Positions 13,689 to 25,335 of a DNA stretch of 64,000 bases are shown piece after piece. Position 1 is the first letter of the stretch. Every line of letters begins with the position of its first letter. Made by a program: the position numbers and the translations under genes. The notes under the pieces were generated by a model. That model did no database searches, was not told the origin of the DNA, and saw nothing but the letters and a program-made list of their open reading frames with translations. Location: assembly GCA_013265495.1 (NCBI GenBank), contig MU058337.1, positions 6,492,716 to 6,556,715 of the forward strand, in the 5' to 3' direction. The stretch comes from Vicugna vicugna. Lineage: Eukaryota.

Positions 13689-16600
13689 TATGTTAAGATA
13701 TCAGTTCTTCCCAACTTAATCTTTAGATTCAAAGCAATCCCAATCAAATCTTAGCAAGCTATTCTGTGGATATCAACAAATTGACTCTGAAGTTTATAGG
13801 GAGAAAGGCAAAAGACTCAGAATAGCCAACACAATATGAAAGAAGACTGAAGTTGGTGGACTGACACTATCTGACTTCAAGACAATATAAAGCTACAGTA
13901 ATAAAGACAGCATGATATTAGAGAAAACACACACAGATCAATATAACAGAATTGAGAGTCCAGAAATAGACCCATACAAATACAGTCAACTGATTTTGAC
14001 AAGGACTAAGGCAATTTAATGGAAAAAGGATAGTTTTTTCAACAAGTGGGATGGAACAACTGGATCAACATGCAAAAAAAAAAATTAGACACAGACCTCA
14101 CACACATTATAAAAATTAACTCAAAATGGATCCTAGACCTAAGTATAAAATACAAAACTATAAAGTTTCTAGAGAAAACAGGAGAAAATCTACGTGACCT
14201 TGGATTTGGCAATGAGTTTTTAAATATAACACCAAAAGCATGATCCATGAAAGAAAAAACTGATAAGCCTGACTTCATTAAAATCAAAAACTTCTGCTCT
14301 GTGCAACATACTATTAAGAGAATGAAAAACCAAGCCACAGACTGGGAGAAAATATTTGCAAAACATATATCTGATAAAGGACTTACATCTAAAATATGCA
14401 AACAACACTTAAAACTCAACAATAAGAAAAAAAACTCATATAAGAAACAGGCAAAAGATCTGAATAGACACCTCAACAAAGAAGATACACAGATGGCAAA
14501 AAACTTATGACAAGATGCTCAACACCATTTGATTCAGGGAATTTCAACTTAAAACAAATTAACATATTAAAATAACAACATATACCACTATACACCTATT
14601 AGAATGGCTTAAAAATTTAACTGACAATACTAAGTGCTAACAAGAATGCAAAGCAACAGAACTCTCATTCATTGATGGTGGAAATGCAAAATGGTAGTTA
14701 CTTTGAAAGACAGTTTGTTACAAAGCTAAATATAGTCTTACCATACAATCATACTCCCAGGTATTTACCCAATTGATTTTAATACTTATGTCCAAAATCT
14801 GCACATAAATGTTTATAGCAGCTTTATGTATAATCAACAAAAACTAGAAGCAACCAAAATGTCCTTCAATAGGTGAATGGATAAACTGTGGTACGTCTAT
14901 GCAGTGAAATATTATTCAGCACTAAAAGGAAATGAATTATCAAGCCACAAAAAGGCACAGAGAAACCTTCATGCATATTGCTAAGTGAAGGAACTCAGCC
15001 TAAAAAGATGAGACACTGTATGACTCCGATTACATGCCATTCTGGAAAAGGCAAGACTATAGAGATGGTAAAACAATCAGTGCTTGTCAGGAATTTGGAA
15101 GGAAGGGGGAATGGAGGAACAGGTGAAGCACAGAGGGATGTTTAGGGATGTAAAATTCTTCTGCATGATAATGCTACAGTAGATACATGACATTATATAT
15201 TTCTCAAAACCCATAGACTTTATAGCAAAACAGTGAACCTTAATATGCACAATTGAAAAAAAAATCATCTGCCAGATAGGGGGATCCCAGGAAAAAATGC
15301 AAACTGTGACAAGAGAATCTTACCGTATTACAAATGTATGAAATGGCTTCACTGAAGGGAATGGGAGAACAAGGTGCTAACCTAAGTAAATTTGGAAACA
15401 AGTGGAGCCTCAAAGGCTGAAGGGAAAGGAACTGCACCTAAGCACTGGGCTCTAGCTGATACGGGGTTTTCTCATGGAATATGGTCTAACCTTTCAGATG
15501 CTGCTACCTGTGTATGCTGAAATTGAATGACTGAGTAACTGCATGGCACATGGTGGGCGCCTGGTTTCTCACTGTTGGAGTGAAAATTTACAAATGAGCA
15601 AGGTAAGGAGGCTAGAATGAGCTATGTAGAAATGGATTAGACTGGAGACAGTATGAACTCATGTTTAGCTTAATACAGATACAGATGGTTACATCAGAAA
15701 TATTTATAGATGAGTATATATGCCTACGTTACTATTTACACGTTTCTTTGCTCTGGCAGCTAAGAGGATTTAAAAGATATCCTTCGCAACAGCACACCTA
15801 CCCATGGGGAGTTAAGCTGCCCCAATTTGAAGGTAGGGTATTTACATAAATTGAGCAGTGGCCAGATTGCTGCAGAGCTGGAGACAGGATGGGCAGGGAA
15901 GCATCAAAGACAGCACTACAACAGGGGCAAATGTTGCAGGATTGGGAAGAGGGGTCAGGAGTGGTTTGTGCCTATCCACAATGGTACTGATACTCTATAA
16001 AAAAGCCACCAGAAGCAGGTCCACTGGCCTGAGGCTGAAGTGCAACCCAAATAGGGTAGAAATTAAGGCATCTCTAGGCAGACTCTCCTAAACTGACCTT
16101 TGGCATATTTACTTCTCCCATCCCCATGTGTTCTGAAGGCACAGGATTTAACCTGCGGTATGGGCTATGGGAAGGGCCCTGCATGAAAGTCTGCTCCCAT
16201 GGCCGGGTAGGGTGTGTAGGTGTGCCGAGAAAGAGCCAGTTTGCTAAGAGGTAAGGAGTACTATGAACCGAGCCTCAAGAGCCTAAGAAGTTAGGTGAGT
16301 GGGTGAGGTCATTAGACCCACTGCTGAACAGGCCACAGAAGCTGGCGCCTTCACAGGCTAGAAAAGGGACCTTCTGAAAGGATCAAGATACACCCCTTCA
16401 GGGGCTCCAGGACAATTACGAGGCTCAGGTTTTGGACACGGGAAGGTGGGATGCATTAAGACCAGGCGGGTGTTGGCGTGGGACACTGGTGGGTCAAGAA
16501 GTGCGGCGCAAGCCGATAAAAAAAGTTTCAGACCAGGAACCATGAACTTGGTTTCTGTACCCAATTCTGCCATTCTCTGCTTTGAGAGTCACTTAGCCTC

Positions 16601-16693
16601 TCTAAGCCTGTTTTCTCATCTTTATAAACGAGTTTCACATCTTCTTCACATGGTGGTCAGGGAATAGAATGAGACAGCCTTATGTGTCTCAAC

Positions 16694-17092
16694 CAGCGGT
16701 TCTCAAAGTGTGATCTGAGGACACTTTGGGGGTTCCCTGAGACCCTTTGAGAGGGTCTTTGAGGTCCTCCCTTTTCCAACTAGTATGTGCATGAGCCTGG
16801 AATTTCTTGGTAAGTTTCCTCCAAAACAGCTAATTTAAGATTTATTAAGCTGAAGAGATTCTCAAAAATATAAAAACATGCCACTCATTTTAGAGGGAAA
16901 ATACAGTTATTTTTCATTAAAGATGCCATTTGTTTTAAATTTAAATGGGGTTGTTATTTTTAAATGAGTATTTCAAATTTTTGTTTGAAAACCCGTAAAA
17001 AATCAGCAAATACAAGCAAAAGCTCTTTGAGGTCTTCAATAATTTTTTGGCGTGTAAGGGGGTCCTGAGAGCAGACAGTCTGGGAACCGCTG
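16694..17092. mobile_element. hAT-Charlie non-autonomous DNA transposon
   Basis: Terminal inverted repeats CAGCGGTTC...GAACCGCTG; 8-bp flanks gtctcaac / ggctgaac (6/8 match). Confidence 0.78.
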
Positions 17093-17254
17093 GGCTGAAC
17101 CACCAGGTGGAGGATGTTCTTAATCATCAGGTGAGCAGCCTCTCACAGGCTGATTCCAGGTCCCCTTTCATACAACACCCACACGTTCACAGTTTCCACG
17201 TATGGGGACGCTAGTTTTGTTTTCTGGGTCTGAGAGATCCAATGTCTGTACCCA

Positions 17255-17760
17255 TTTTCCGGGCGCAAGCAAGCGTCCTCCCACAGGGAGGCACAGACAG
17301 TGGCGGCGACCCCCGCGGAGCGTCGGCGACCTTGGCAGAGGTCGAGCCCGCGCGCGGGAGACGCACGCTGCTCCTGGCCGGAGGGGATTCCCGCCAGGGA
17401 CTGGGGAGGCCGCGCCCGGCCCGAGATGCTGAGCCGGGAACAGACTCTCGGCGAGCCTGGCCCAGTGGTGGGGGACTGGGGACCTGCACTCACAGCCTCG
17501 GCAGCGCCGCCACTGCCACTCCGCGCGCCGCCCTCCTCAGCAGACGCAGCGCCATCTTCCCGACGTCCGGGCCCCACCCCCGCTATGTCCGTCTCCATTT
17601 CGTCCCGCCCCCATTGCCACGCCCCCACGTCACCACTCCCCGCGCACGTTCCGCCCAGCCCCGCAAGCCACGCCCTCCCCGTTCTGCGCTCCTGCCCCTT
17701 CCGGGCGGTAACGTGAGGCAGAGCAGAGTCCGAACGGATGAGTTCTTGATCGTTTTTTTG
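17255..17760 (-). promoter_or_regulatory. CLYBL: CpG island / CLYBL promoter
   Basis: The only strongly CpG-dense stretch in the window; spans exon 1. GC box CCCGCCCC near 17604-17611, CACGT cores near 17626 and 17645, no obvious TATA box. Confidence 0.88.
17494..17555 (-). CDS. CLYBL: CLYBL (citramalyl-CoA lyase / citrate lyase beta-like) first coding exon, 62 nt, mitochondrial presequence
   Basis: ATG in good Kozak context (gaagATGG); translation MALRLLRRAARGVAVAALPR(L), then a GTGAGT donor at 17493. Closely resembles the recalled human CLYBL N-terminus MALRLLRRAARGAAAAALLRL. Arg/Ala/Leu-rich with no acidic residues; lies in a CpG island downstream of TM9SF2 on the same strand. Confidence 0.93.
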
Positions 17761-18124
17761 GTGACTGAATCCAACCTTTCTCGTGCTTCTGGAGTTTTTT
17801 TAGGGCGCCTTTTGAGAGATTTTTGCATTTTCCCAGCCAGACTAGTCAATTTTTCTAGGGATCTCTTTATTGTTTTTGTGCTTTTTTTGTTTTGTTAGAA
17901 TGCTACCTAACAAAGTTTGTGAGCCTCGCCATGTGCGCGCCTGGGTTAACACTTAATCTATTAAGGAATATAGATACCTGCTGGCAGCTTTCTGGGCCAG
18001 AGAAATGCTTGCTGAAGACACAGGGCAGCAAACACAACTCTTCAACACCTCCCTGCCAGTCCGTCAACAAATACAACTCCTCTGGCTTCACAATCAGGAG
18101 AATGCTCATGTGTTAAAACGGAGC

Positions 18125-18320
18125 TTCTGAGCTGGCTGTCTTTGGGCAAGTTACTTAACCTCTCCCTGCTTCAGTTTCCTCCTATAAGATGGTAATATAA
18201 ACAGTACTCACCTTAGCGTTATTATAAGGATATACTGAGTTAATGTGTGTAAAGAGCGTAAAACCTCACCTGGCCCAGGGCATGTGCTCAGTAGTGTTAA
18301 TTACTTCTCATTGTTATTAT
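18125..18320 (+). mobile_element. MIR SINE
   Basis: Core tttgggcaagttacttaacctctccctgcttcagtttcctcctataagatgg. Confidence 0.78.
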
Positions 18321-18373
18321 CATCACAGCAATTCCTTCCTTAAAACTCTTTGGTAGCTTCTAACAGGAAGCTC

Positions 18374-18799
18374 TTGAAATAAAAAACAAACGGAGGCCAA
18401 ACTTGAAAATTCCCTAAGCAGACAAAAACAGTTTCATTATACAAGCAAAGCCTAATTTAGCTTGTTTTACAAGATGACTTGACCTGGGTCATTTCTTGCT
18501 TATGCATCTGGAAATCATAAGCAAAATTTGAACGATCTTCCAAGGTCGATATGAAGTAACCACTGACCAATTCCCTATCATTCAAGAAAATTCTAATATT
18601 TACAACCAATCACTGTGAAAAATAAACAGTCACTACGTTCTCACTAAATAAGCTGCCTTATAATAATGTACCCCTGAGCCTTATTCCATGTTTTGGTTTG
18701 AGCGTTCCTGGTTACTGTCTTTTCAGCGTGCACAATGAACACTAATTACAACTTCAGTGACTCATTGGTTTTATTTTTCTTATCTATGAACTTTTGACA
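18374..18799 (+). mobile_element. Probable ERV solo LTR
   Basis: TG...CA ends (tgaaataaaaaacaaacggaggcc...aacttttgaca), CCAAT boxes and a TATA-like ctaaataagctg; interrupts L2-like sequence. Confidence 0.55.
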
Positions 18800-19318
18800 G
18801 AAGCATTTAGAATAAAACCCAGATTCTTCACCATAACCCTGAGTCCTTACCCCTGCCAGTATCTGCACCCTTATCTCAGCCCTATCCATCTTTTATCCCT
18901 ATTTTTTGAGTTCGATAAGCCCTCTCCCACTTCAGGGCCTTTGCACTTGTTGTTCCCTATTCCCAGAAGGTGCTCATGACTGCATCTTCTTATCCTCCAG
19001 GACATTTAAACTACATCCACCTGCGAAAGGGCCTGCCTGCACTGACAACCCAGACTAGAGCATCCTCCTCATCTGTTTTACGGGCACAGCAACCTGATCA
19101 TTTCCATCACAGCCCTCATCACAACGTTTATTTATGGATTTGTGAATCTACTTTCTTAATGTTGTCTTTCCCCCTTGGGTCTCAAGATGGGAGGGAACTA
19201 ACTGCCCATAATGGGCTTTTGTAGTTTGTTATTGTCATTTAGGGGGCAGGGCTAGAGATGTTGGGACAGTCCCACTTGTAGAAAGGCTGCTAGTGCTCTG
19301 GTTTAGAAACACCACCTA

Positions 19319-19826
19319 GACTGGATAAAGAAGTTGTGGTTATATATGTGTAATGGAATACTACTCAGCCATAAAAAAGAATAAAATAATGCCATTTGCA
19401 GCAACATGGATGGACCTAGAGATCATCATTCTAAGTGAAGAGAACCAAAAAGAGAAAGAAAAATACCATATGATATCACTTATACGTGGATCCTTAAAAA
19501 AAAAAAGACACAAATGATCTTATTCATGAAACAGAAACAGACTCACAGATGTAGAAAACAAACTTGTTACCAGGGGGAAAGGAGAAGGAAGGGATACATT
19601 GGGATTTTGAGATTTGCAGATACTAACTACTGTAAATAAAACAGATAAACAACAAGTTTATACTGTATAGCACAGGGAGTTTTTGTCAATATCTTGTAGT
19701 AACCTATAATGAAAAAGAATATGAAAAGGAATATATGTATGTATATGTATGACTGAAACATTACGCTGTACACCAGAAAATGATGCAACATTGTAAACCG
19801 ACTATACTTCAATTAAAAAAACAAAC
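19319..19826 (+). mobile_element. L1 3' end (intermediate-age subfamily)
   Basis: gactggataaagaagttgtgg...gcaacatggatggacctagag...tactgtatagcacaggga...actatacttcaattaaaaaaa. TSD aaacacca(c/t)cta at 19307-19318 and 19827-19838. Confidence 0.88.
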
Positions 19827-20394
19827 AAACACCATCTATAGGAACAGAATGTGAGTTCTTTGAGAGCAGGTGTATCTTATTGCCGTGTATGTGCCCCCAG
19901 CACCTGGTTCAATGACTTGTAACCTGTAGGTATTTAATATAAGACAAAATGTTCCTCTAGACTCATTACAATTCTGAGAATTGCCATATGAGTAGTTATT
20001 CTTATTAAAAGTGCCTTGTACCTTATAGCTTTGTAGGTAAAATCGAACCTCCATTGACTTATTTGCTAATTAATTCAATTTCCTTCCAATTCTGCTTGAA
20101 GAAATTTTAGCTATGCCCATTCTCACCAGGACTGCTGTGGTTTTGTGAGTTTCTTCATGAGATTACTAACTTGTAGGTTTTAAAAATTGTTTCTAACGTT
20201 GGTAGGCTTTTAAATAAAACTTTCTTTACTTTATCTACCTAGTATGTGGATTTCTGGAGGATATATTTCCAGATATAATAGAAAATGGGATCCAGAGTTC
20301 CTTTCCTGAGGCTAGTCAAATCTGTCTTTACTCAAGCCTCCAAAACGGAAAGAAAAATAAATGTATGTGTTTGCTCCAAGGGCATTAAAAAATC

Positions 20395-20590
20395 TTTATC
20401 CACATTCACCTTTTGATGGACATTTAGGTTGCTTCCATATGTTGGCTATTGGTAAATAAATAATGCTGCTGTGAACACTGAGGTGCATATTTCTTCTCTA
20501 ATTAGTGTTTTCATTTTCTTTGGATAAATACCCAGGAGTGGAATTGCTGGATCATATGGTAGTTCTGTTTTTAATTTTTTAGAAAAAAAG
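20395..20590 (-). mobile_element. L1 ORF2 C-terminal fragment
   Basis: Encodes KKLKTELPYDPAIPLLGIYPKKMKT on the minus strand (inside ORF 20446..20763). Confidence 0.8.
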
Positions 20591-21689
20591 ATTTTTAAAA
20601 GAAACTGTGAAAGAGGCAGACAGGTAAGTAGGGGAAATGGGTAGGTTCTGAGGTCTGCTGGTGATGGGGATAGGGGATATGAAAATAGAAAGGATGTTGC
20701 AATTCTCTCTGTGTTAGAGGGGCAGGGAAACCAGAGGGTTCTGCAGGGAAGAACCCGGGACATGGAGAGTGAGCCTGAGAGTGTGAGGGGAAGAGCAGAG
20801 CAAGCAGAGAAAACACAGACGCTCTAGACTGTAAAGCACAGGAACACCCAAGTCTCATCCAGTGTTGCCCTAAAACATACAGGTCTCCTGAGTGGAAACA
20901 TGTTACATTGTTACCATTTGGTCTTATTAACTGTCATGAGACTCGAATAATTCTCACTGTTAATTTTAGAAATACTGAGCTTTTGTATTGGCTTAACTAC
21001 AGTTTTGGAAAATAGTCACACACAAGGAGATTCGATTAAAAAATCTAATCAACCCTTGGTTTATTATAACCATTTCAAGCAGTAATGATTAGGAAAATGA
21101 AGCTGCATTATTCTTTTGTTACAAACACCAAAAGCTCTTTATCATAATCCATTTTCCCCTTCCTTTTGGTGTCTGGCCAATGTAGGTTATTGTCACCAAA
21201 GTTGCATCTCAAAGGCTGGAGGGCCAGTGTCACTGATTTAAGACTTCAGAATGTTGCACTTAGAAAGAGGTATATTAGAAGTTCTGTGGAATAATTTTTC
21301 AGCAGTGGCATAGATAGAACTACACTCTGAAATCATCCATCCCTCCTGCTGCTCTGATACAAAACCCTCCCAGCCTTACCTCCTGGCAGGCGCTGCCTTT
21401 GATAACGTGATGACTATGTCTGGCTTTCTTGGAGAGAGAGGAGACTGTCTCTCAAATTTAGGCCAAATGCAAAATAACTAGAGACCACATTGTGGACCTT
21501 CTGAGCCTTAGCTTTCTTTCTCTTTATAAACTGAGGAAGTTAGACTAGCTGACCTCTAAAATTCCTTCTGGTTCCCAAATACTGCTTGTATAAGAGCCTT
21601 TTCTAATCTCAGCCTCCAAAACTATGCTGCAGCGTCCCTTAGTGTCCTTAGGCAGATGGTTCCTCCCCACCCCCCCCAATGCTCCCCCT

Positions 21690-21912
21690 CTGCCCCAACA
21701 GCTCCCCAGTCCCTTTCGGCTCTCCTGACCCTTCCCCTGACTCACATCCTTTCCCCCAAAGCACTTATCCACCTGTAAATTACTAGATAATATGCTTATT
21801 TGTGATGTCTTTGTCGAATGTAAGCCCTATGAGAGCAGGTATTTGTGCCTGTCTTGTTCAAGCACCTGGAACAGTGCCTGGCACATGGCAGATGTCCAGA
21901 ATTTATTTGCTG
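21690..21912 (+). mobile_element. L2 3' fragment
   Basis: gaatgtaagccctatgagagcagg...gcacctggaacagtgcctggcacatggcagatgtccagaatttatttgctga. Confidence 0.65.
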
Positions 21913-22034
21913 ATCTCAAAGTGTTGAATCTTGAGACATCCTTTGGCAAGATTATCCTTTACATAATTTTCCCTGTTATTTTAATTCACTTTGTAAGTTA
22001 ATTATTACCTTCAGTTGCTATTTCTTAATTGCAG

Positions 22035-22481
22035 ACTGGTGGGCTGAATCATGACCTCCAAGATGTCCACGTGCTAATTTCTAGAACCTGTAAATGTTTT
22101 ATCTTGCAAGTGTGATCAAATTAGGGACACTGAGATGGGGAGATTATCCTGGATTATCGGGGTGGGCCCAATGTAATCACTGGGACCTTGGGAGAGGGAA
22201 GGAAGAGGATCAGAGTCAAGGATGTAACATGGATTCAAAGTCAGCGTGATGAGGGGCCACAAGGTAAGGGAGGCAGGCAGCCTCTAGAAGCTGGAAAAGG
22301 CAAGGAAACAGCTTCTCCCTTCCAGCCTCCAGAAGATACAGCCTTGCCAACACCTGGATTGTATCCCCATGAGAGCTGTCTTGGACGTGTGACCTCCAGA
22401 ACTGTAAGATAATACAGCTGTGTTGTTTTAAGCTGCCAAGGTTGTGGTCATTTATTACAGCAGCAATAAGAAACTAATACC
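22035..22481 (+). mobile_element. MaLR solo LTR (MLT1C/D-like)
   Basis: gagatggggagattatcctggattatcggggtgggcccaatgtaatcac...ccagaactgtaagataatacagctgtgttgttttaagc...aaactaatac. Confidence 0.83.
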
Positions 22482-23756
22482 CCTAGTAAAAAAGAAAAAC
22501 TTTCCCAAACACACGTCTGCCATACAAACTGGGTCTTAAAGACTGCTTTTAATGCCATTTGTAAGTCCAAAGTGACACTACTGGTTCAAATGACCACAAA
22601 CGTCTCTGTCAGTGTCAGACAGAATCAACCAGCTTTGCCCTGGCCAGAACCTCCTTGACTGAGTTTCTAAAGAGAGAATCTTCAGTGATTTTTCAAGCCA
22701 GATTTGGAATCCTTTCTCTGTATGTCATTTGAAAAGGATTTTCCACCCCTGAACTGATTATATAGAAACACCGAGCACTTAACCACTGTCTGAAATCACA
22801 TTAGACACTTATTTACTTGCTAATTGCCCATCATACTGTCATTCATTTGTTTATGGTGTGTTACTTTCCATTAGAGGCCCCATGAGGGTGGGAACTGAGT
22901 TTACTCTGTTAGCTACTGTATTTTCAATGCCTAAAATGATGGCTAAGACACAGCTGATGCCACAGAAGTACCTGTTGAGTGAACGACTGGGGAAGTTGAC
23001 TTGCTGAGAAGATGTAAGAAATCCTTCAGCACCAGTTTGTCCTACCTCTGAGAAGAAACAGATGATAGCAACCCAAACGCAGCTGAAAATAATGAGATCT
23101 AAACAAGCAAACAAACAAATAAGAATGCTTACTATAAGAATCTATTAGAACTTTTGGTTATTAACTTCTGGAGCCAAGGAGAGAGGCTCCTGACCTGGCC
23201 ACTACCAGGTAGCCCTATGAAAAGTAAACAGTAATATCATGTGAAAGAACTAATGTGCAAGTTAATTCACTGTTTCATTGTATGTTATCACAAAATATTG
23301 AGGGAAAAAATCTAAATGTTTATCAACAGAGGACCGGTTTTTTAAAGTATGGTACATGAAACAACAGAAAAGCATGCAATTGTAAAAAGAATAAGGAAAT
23401 GGTCTGTACTATTACTAATATAATGTATTAATATACTAATATAGAAGCTATTTTGTTATGTATAATAGAAGATATATTGCTAAGGAAAAAAGACAAGGCA
23501 CAGAACAATTGTAATACAGTCTATCAGTTGTGTTAAGAGTAAAATAAAAATATATGTTTCATATTTTCTTATAGTCAATTATTTTAAAACTGAAAGGATA
23601 AAATAATGCTGCAGATGGCAGGAGTTACCTGTCAGAGGAGGTAGAAACAAAGCAAATGGAGAAAGAGATGGGAAAAGATTTTCACTGTATCCCTTTTGCA
23701 ATTTTAAAACTTTTGAACCATGTGTATGTGTTATTTATTCAAAATACTAAATTTAA

Positions 23757-24335
23757 AGCAAACTAAATATCCATCGACAGATGATTGGATAAAGAAGTTG
23801 TGGTATAATTATATAATGAAATACTACTCAGCAATAAAAAAGAATAAAATAATGCCATTTGAAGCAACACTGGTGGACCTAAAGATTGTCATTCTAAGTG
23901 AAATAAGCCAGAAAGAGAAAGAAAAAATACCATATGATATCACTCATATGTGGAATTTTAAAGAAAGAAAAGAAAAGGATACTAATGAACTCATCTATAA
24001 AACAGAAACAGCCTTGAAGACATAGTAAACAATCTTATGGTTACCAGGGGAAAGGGGTTGGGAAGGGATAAATTTGGGAGTTTGAGATCTGAAAATGTTA
24101 ACCACTACATATAAAAATAGATAAAAAACAGATTTCCTCTGTATAGCACAGGGAACTATATTCAATATCTTGTAATAACCTTTAATGAAAAAGAATATGA
24201 AAACAAATGTATGAATATATATGCATGACTGGGACATCAGGCTGTACACCAGAAACTGACACATTGTAACTGACCATACTATGTCAGTTAAAAAATAATA
24301 ATAAAATAAAAAAGACAAGAAACAAAACAAAACAG
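23757..24335 (+). mobile_element. L1 3' end (same subfamily as 19319-19826)
   Basis: ORF2 C-terminal remnant KYPSTDDWIKKLWY..., 3' UTR and A-rich tail; flanked by taaatttaaa on both sides. Confidence 0.87.
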
Positions 24336-25190
24336 TAAATTTAAACAATACGAACAATAAGGCAAAAAGAAGGAAAGAGAAACTGCAGTCCTGCAGTCCC
24401 CTAACTGGACCTGGGTCCCTAACTCAACCTGACGCAGAGCCCCCTGCACTGTGTACGTCAACAGTAGGATACCAAATGCATTTTGGCATCTTTGTGGCCA
24501 CTGAGCTCTGTGTCTATTCCATATCCCATAGGGGATTAAAAACTCCTGAAGTCCCAGCCTGTGTTTCTCAGAGTGAGGGCCAGGTGACTTGCACAATTGA
24601 CAAGAGTTTTCACAGCCTCTGTGGACAGGAGACTTGATAAAATGTGTAATGTTGAACCACATAATGAAGGCTGGTTGGTTAAGACCCTCTGGCTTTTGTG
24701 GAATAATCTTTAATGCACCAGACAAGAAGATTGCTAACCAGCCTTATTACTGACAATTTCCTAATATCCCTGTAGGGCAGGCAGATGATTTGAGGATTAT
24801 CCAGACCTGACAAATCCCCTGGGCCCTGACAATCTCATTTACAAAAGAATCCAATCTGTTTATTGCTGATAATAGATGGTATGCCCTCAGGTTTGCTTGT
24901 AAGGAACATGTGCGTTGCTTTCTATTTTTTCCTTTTAGCAACAGGAACTAAACTTGGATTCATCCTGATAAACTGGGTCTGTGGGACTTTATGTGATGTA
25001 ATTGCTCTGAGTTGTTCCTTAATCCCCTTTTGCTAAACCTTTTCACCCCTGTCCATGACGGCAGAAACAGCCTTAATCCAGGGGCAAAATGGTCCATCTA
25101 ACAAAAGAGCCTATTCTTGCGGCCAGCATTCTCTACTTACTCTTCCTCGTGTTTATTTGTTGTTCTAAGAGTTATTTAAAACAAAAGGAT

Positions 25191-25335
25191 GGTGGGAAGG
25201 GTATAGTTCAGTGGGAGAGTGCATGCTCAGCATGCACAAGGTCCAGGGTTCAATCCTCAATAGCTCCATTAAATAAATAAATATAAATAAACCAAATTAC
25301 ACCCCCCCCAAAAGCAACAACAACAACAAAAATAC
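25191..25335 (+). mobile_element. Vic-1-like camelid SINE
   Basis: gggaagggtatagttcagtgggagagtgcatgctcagcatgcacaaggtccagggttcaatcctcaa...aaataaaccaaattacaccccccc plus a (CAA)n tail. TSD aacaaaagga at 25180-25189 and 25336-25345. Confidence 0.88.

Larger units (their letters stand above)
10560..15790 (+). mobile_element. Old fragmented L1 (L1MC/L1MD-type) hosting four younger insertions
   Basis: Degenerate ORF2 (aaggaaaactacagaccaatatttctcatgaacatagatg, LRLGTRQECPLSSLLFNI, IKINSKWILDL) at about 12385-14900 with 3' UTR to about 15790. Upstream AT-rich L1 sequence from about 10560. Subfamily uncertain. Confidence 0.8.
1..17493 (-). other. CLYBL: CLYBL intron 1 (partial, runs off the window)
   Basis: Follows the exon 1 donor. 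No sequence encoding the expected next CLYBL peptide (KYIPRRAVLYVPG-like) was seen in 1-17493. Confidence 0.8.

Noticed and set aside
14039..14510. ORFs of 62-146 aa on both strands
   Set aside because: Sense and antisense readings of degenerate L1 ORF2, not host genes. The same applies to ORFs at 1956, 12737, 23720, 35934, 36281, 37509 and 50608.
17242..17898. 218-aa plus-strand ORF and other overlapping ORFs across the CpG island
   Set aside because: GC-rich islands are depleted of stop codons. The peptides are low-complexity Arg/Pro/Ala with no recognisable domain, and the real coding signal is the 62-nt CLYBL exon on the minus strand.
25191..25270. tRNA-like sequence with A and B boxes
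   Set aside because: It is the head of a SINE with tail and TSD; the acceptor stem and cloverleaf are not intact.
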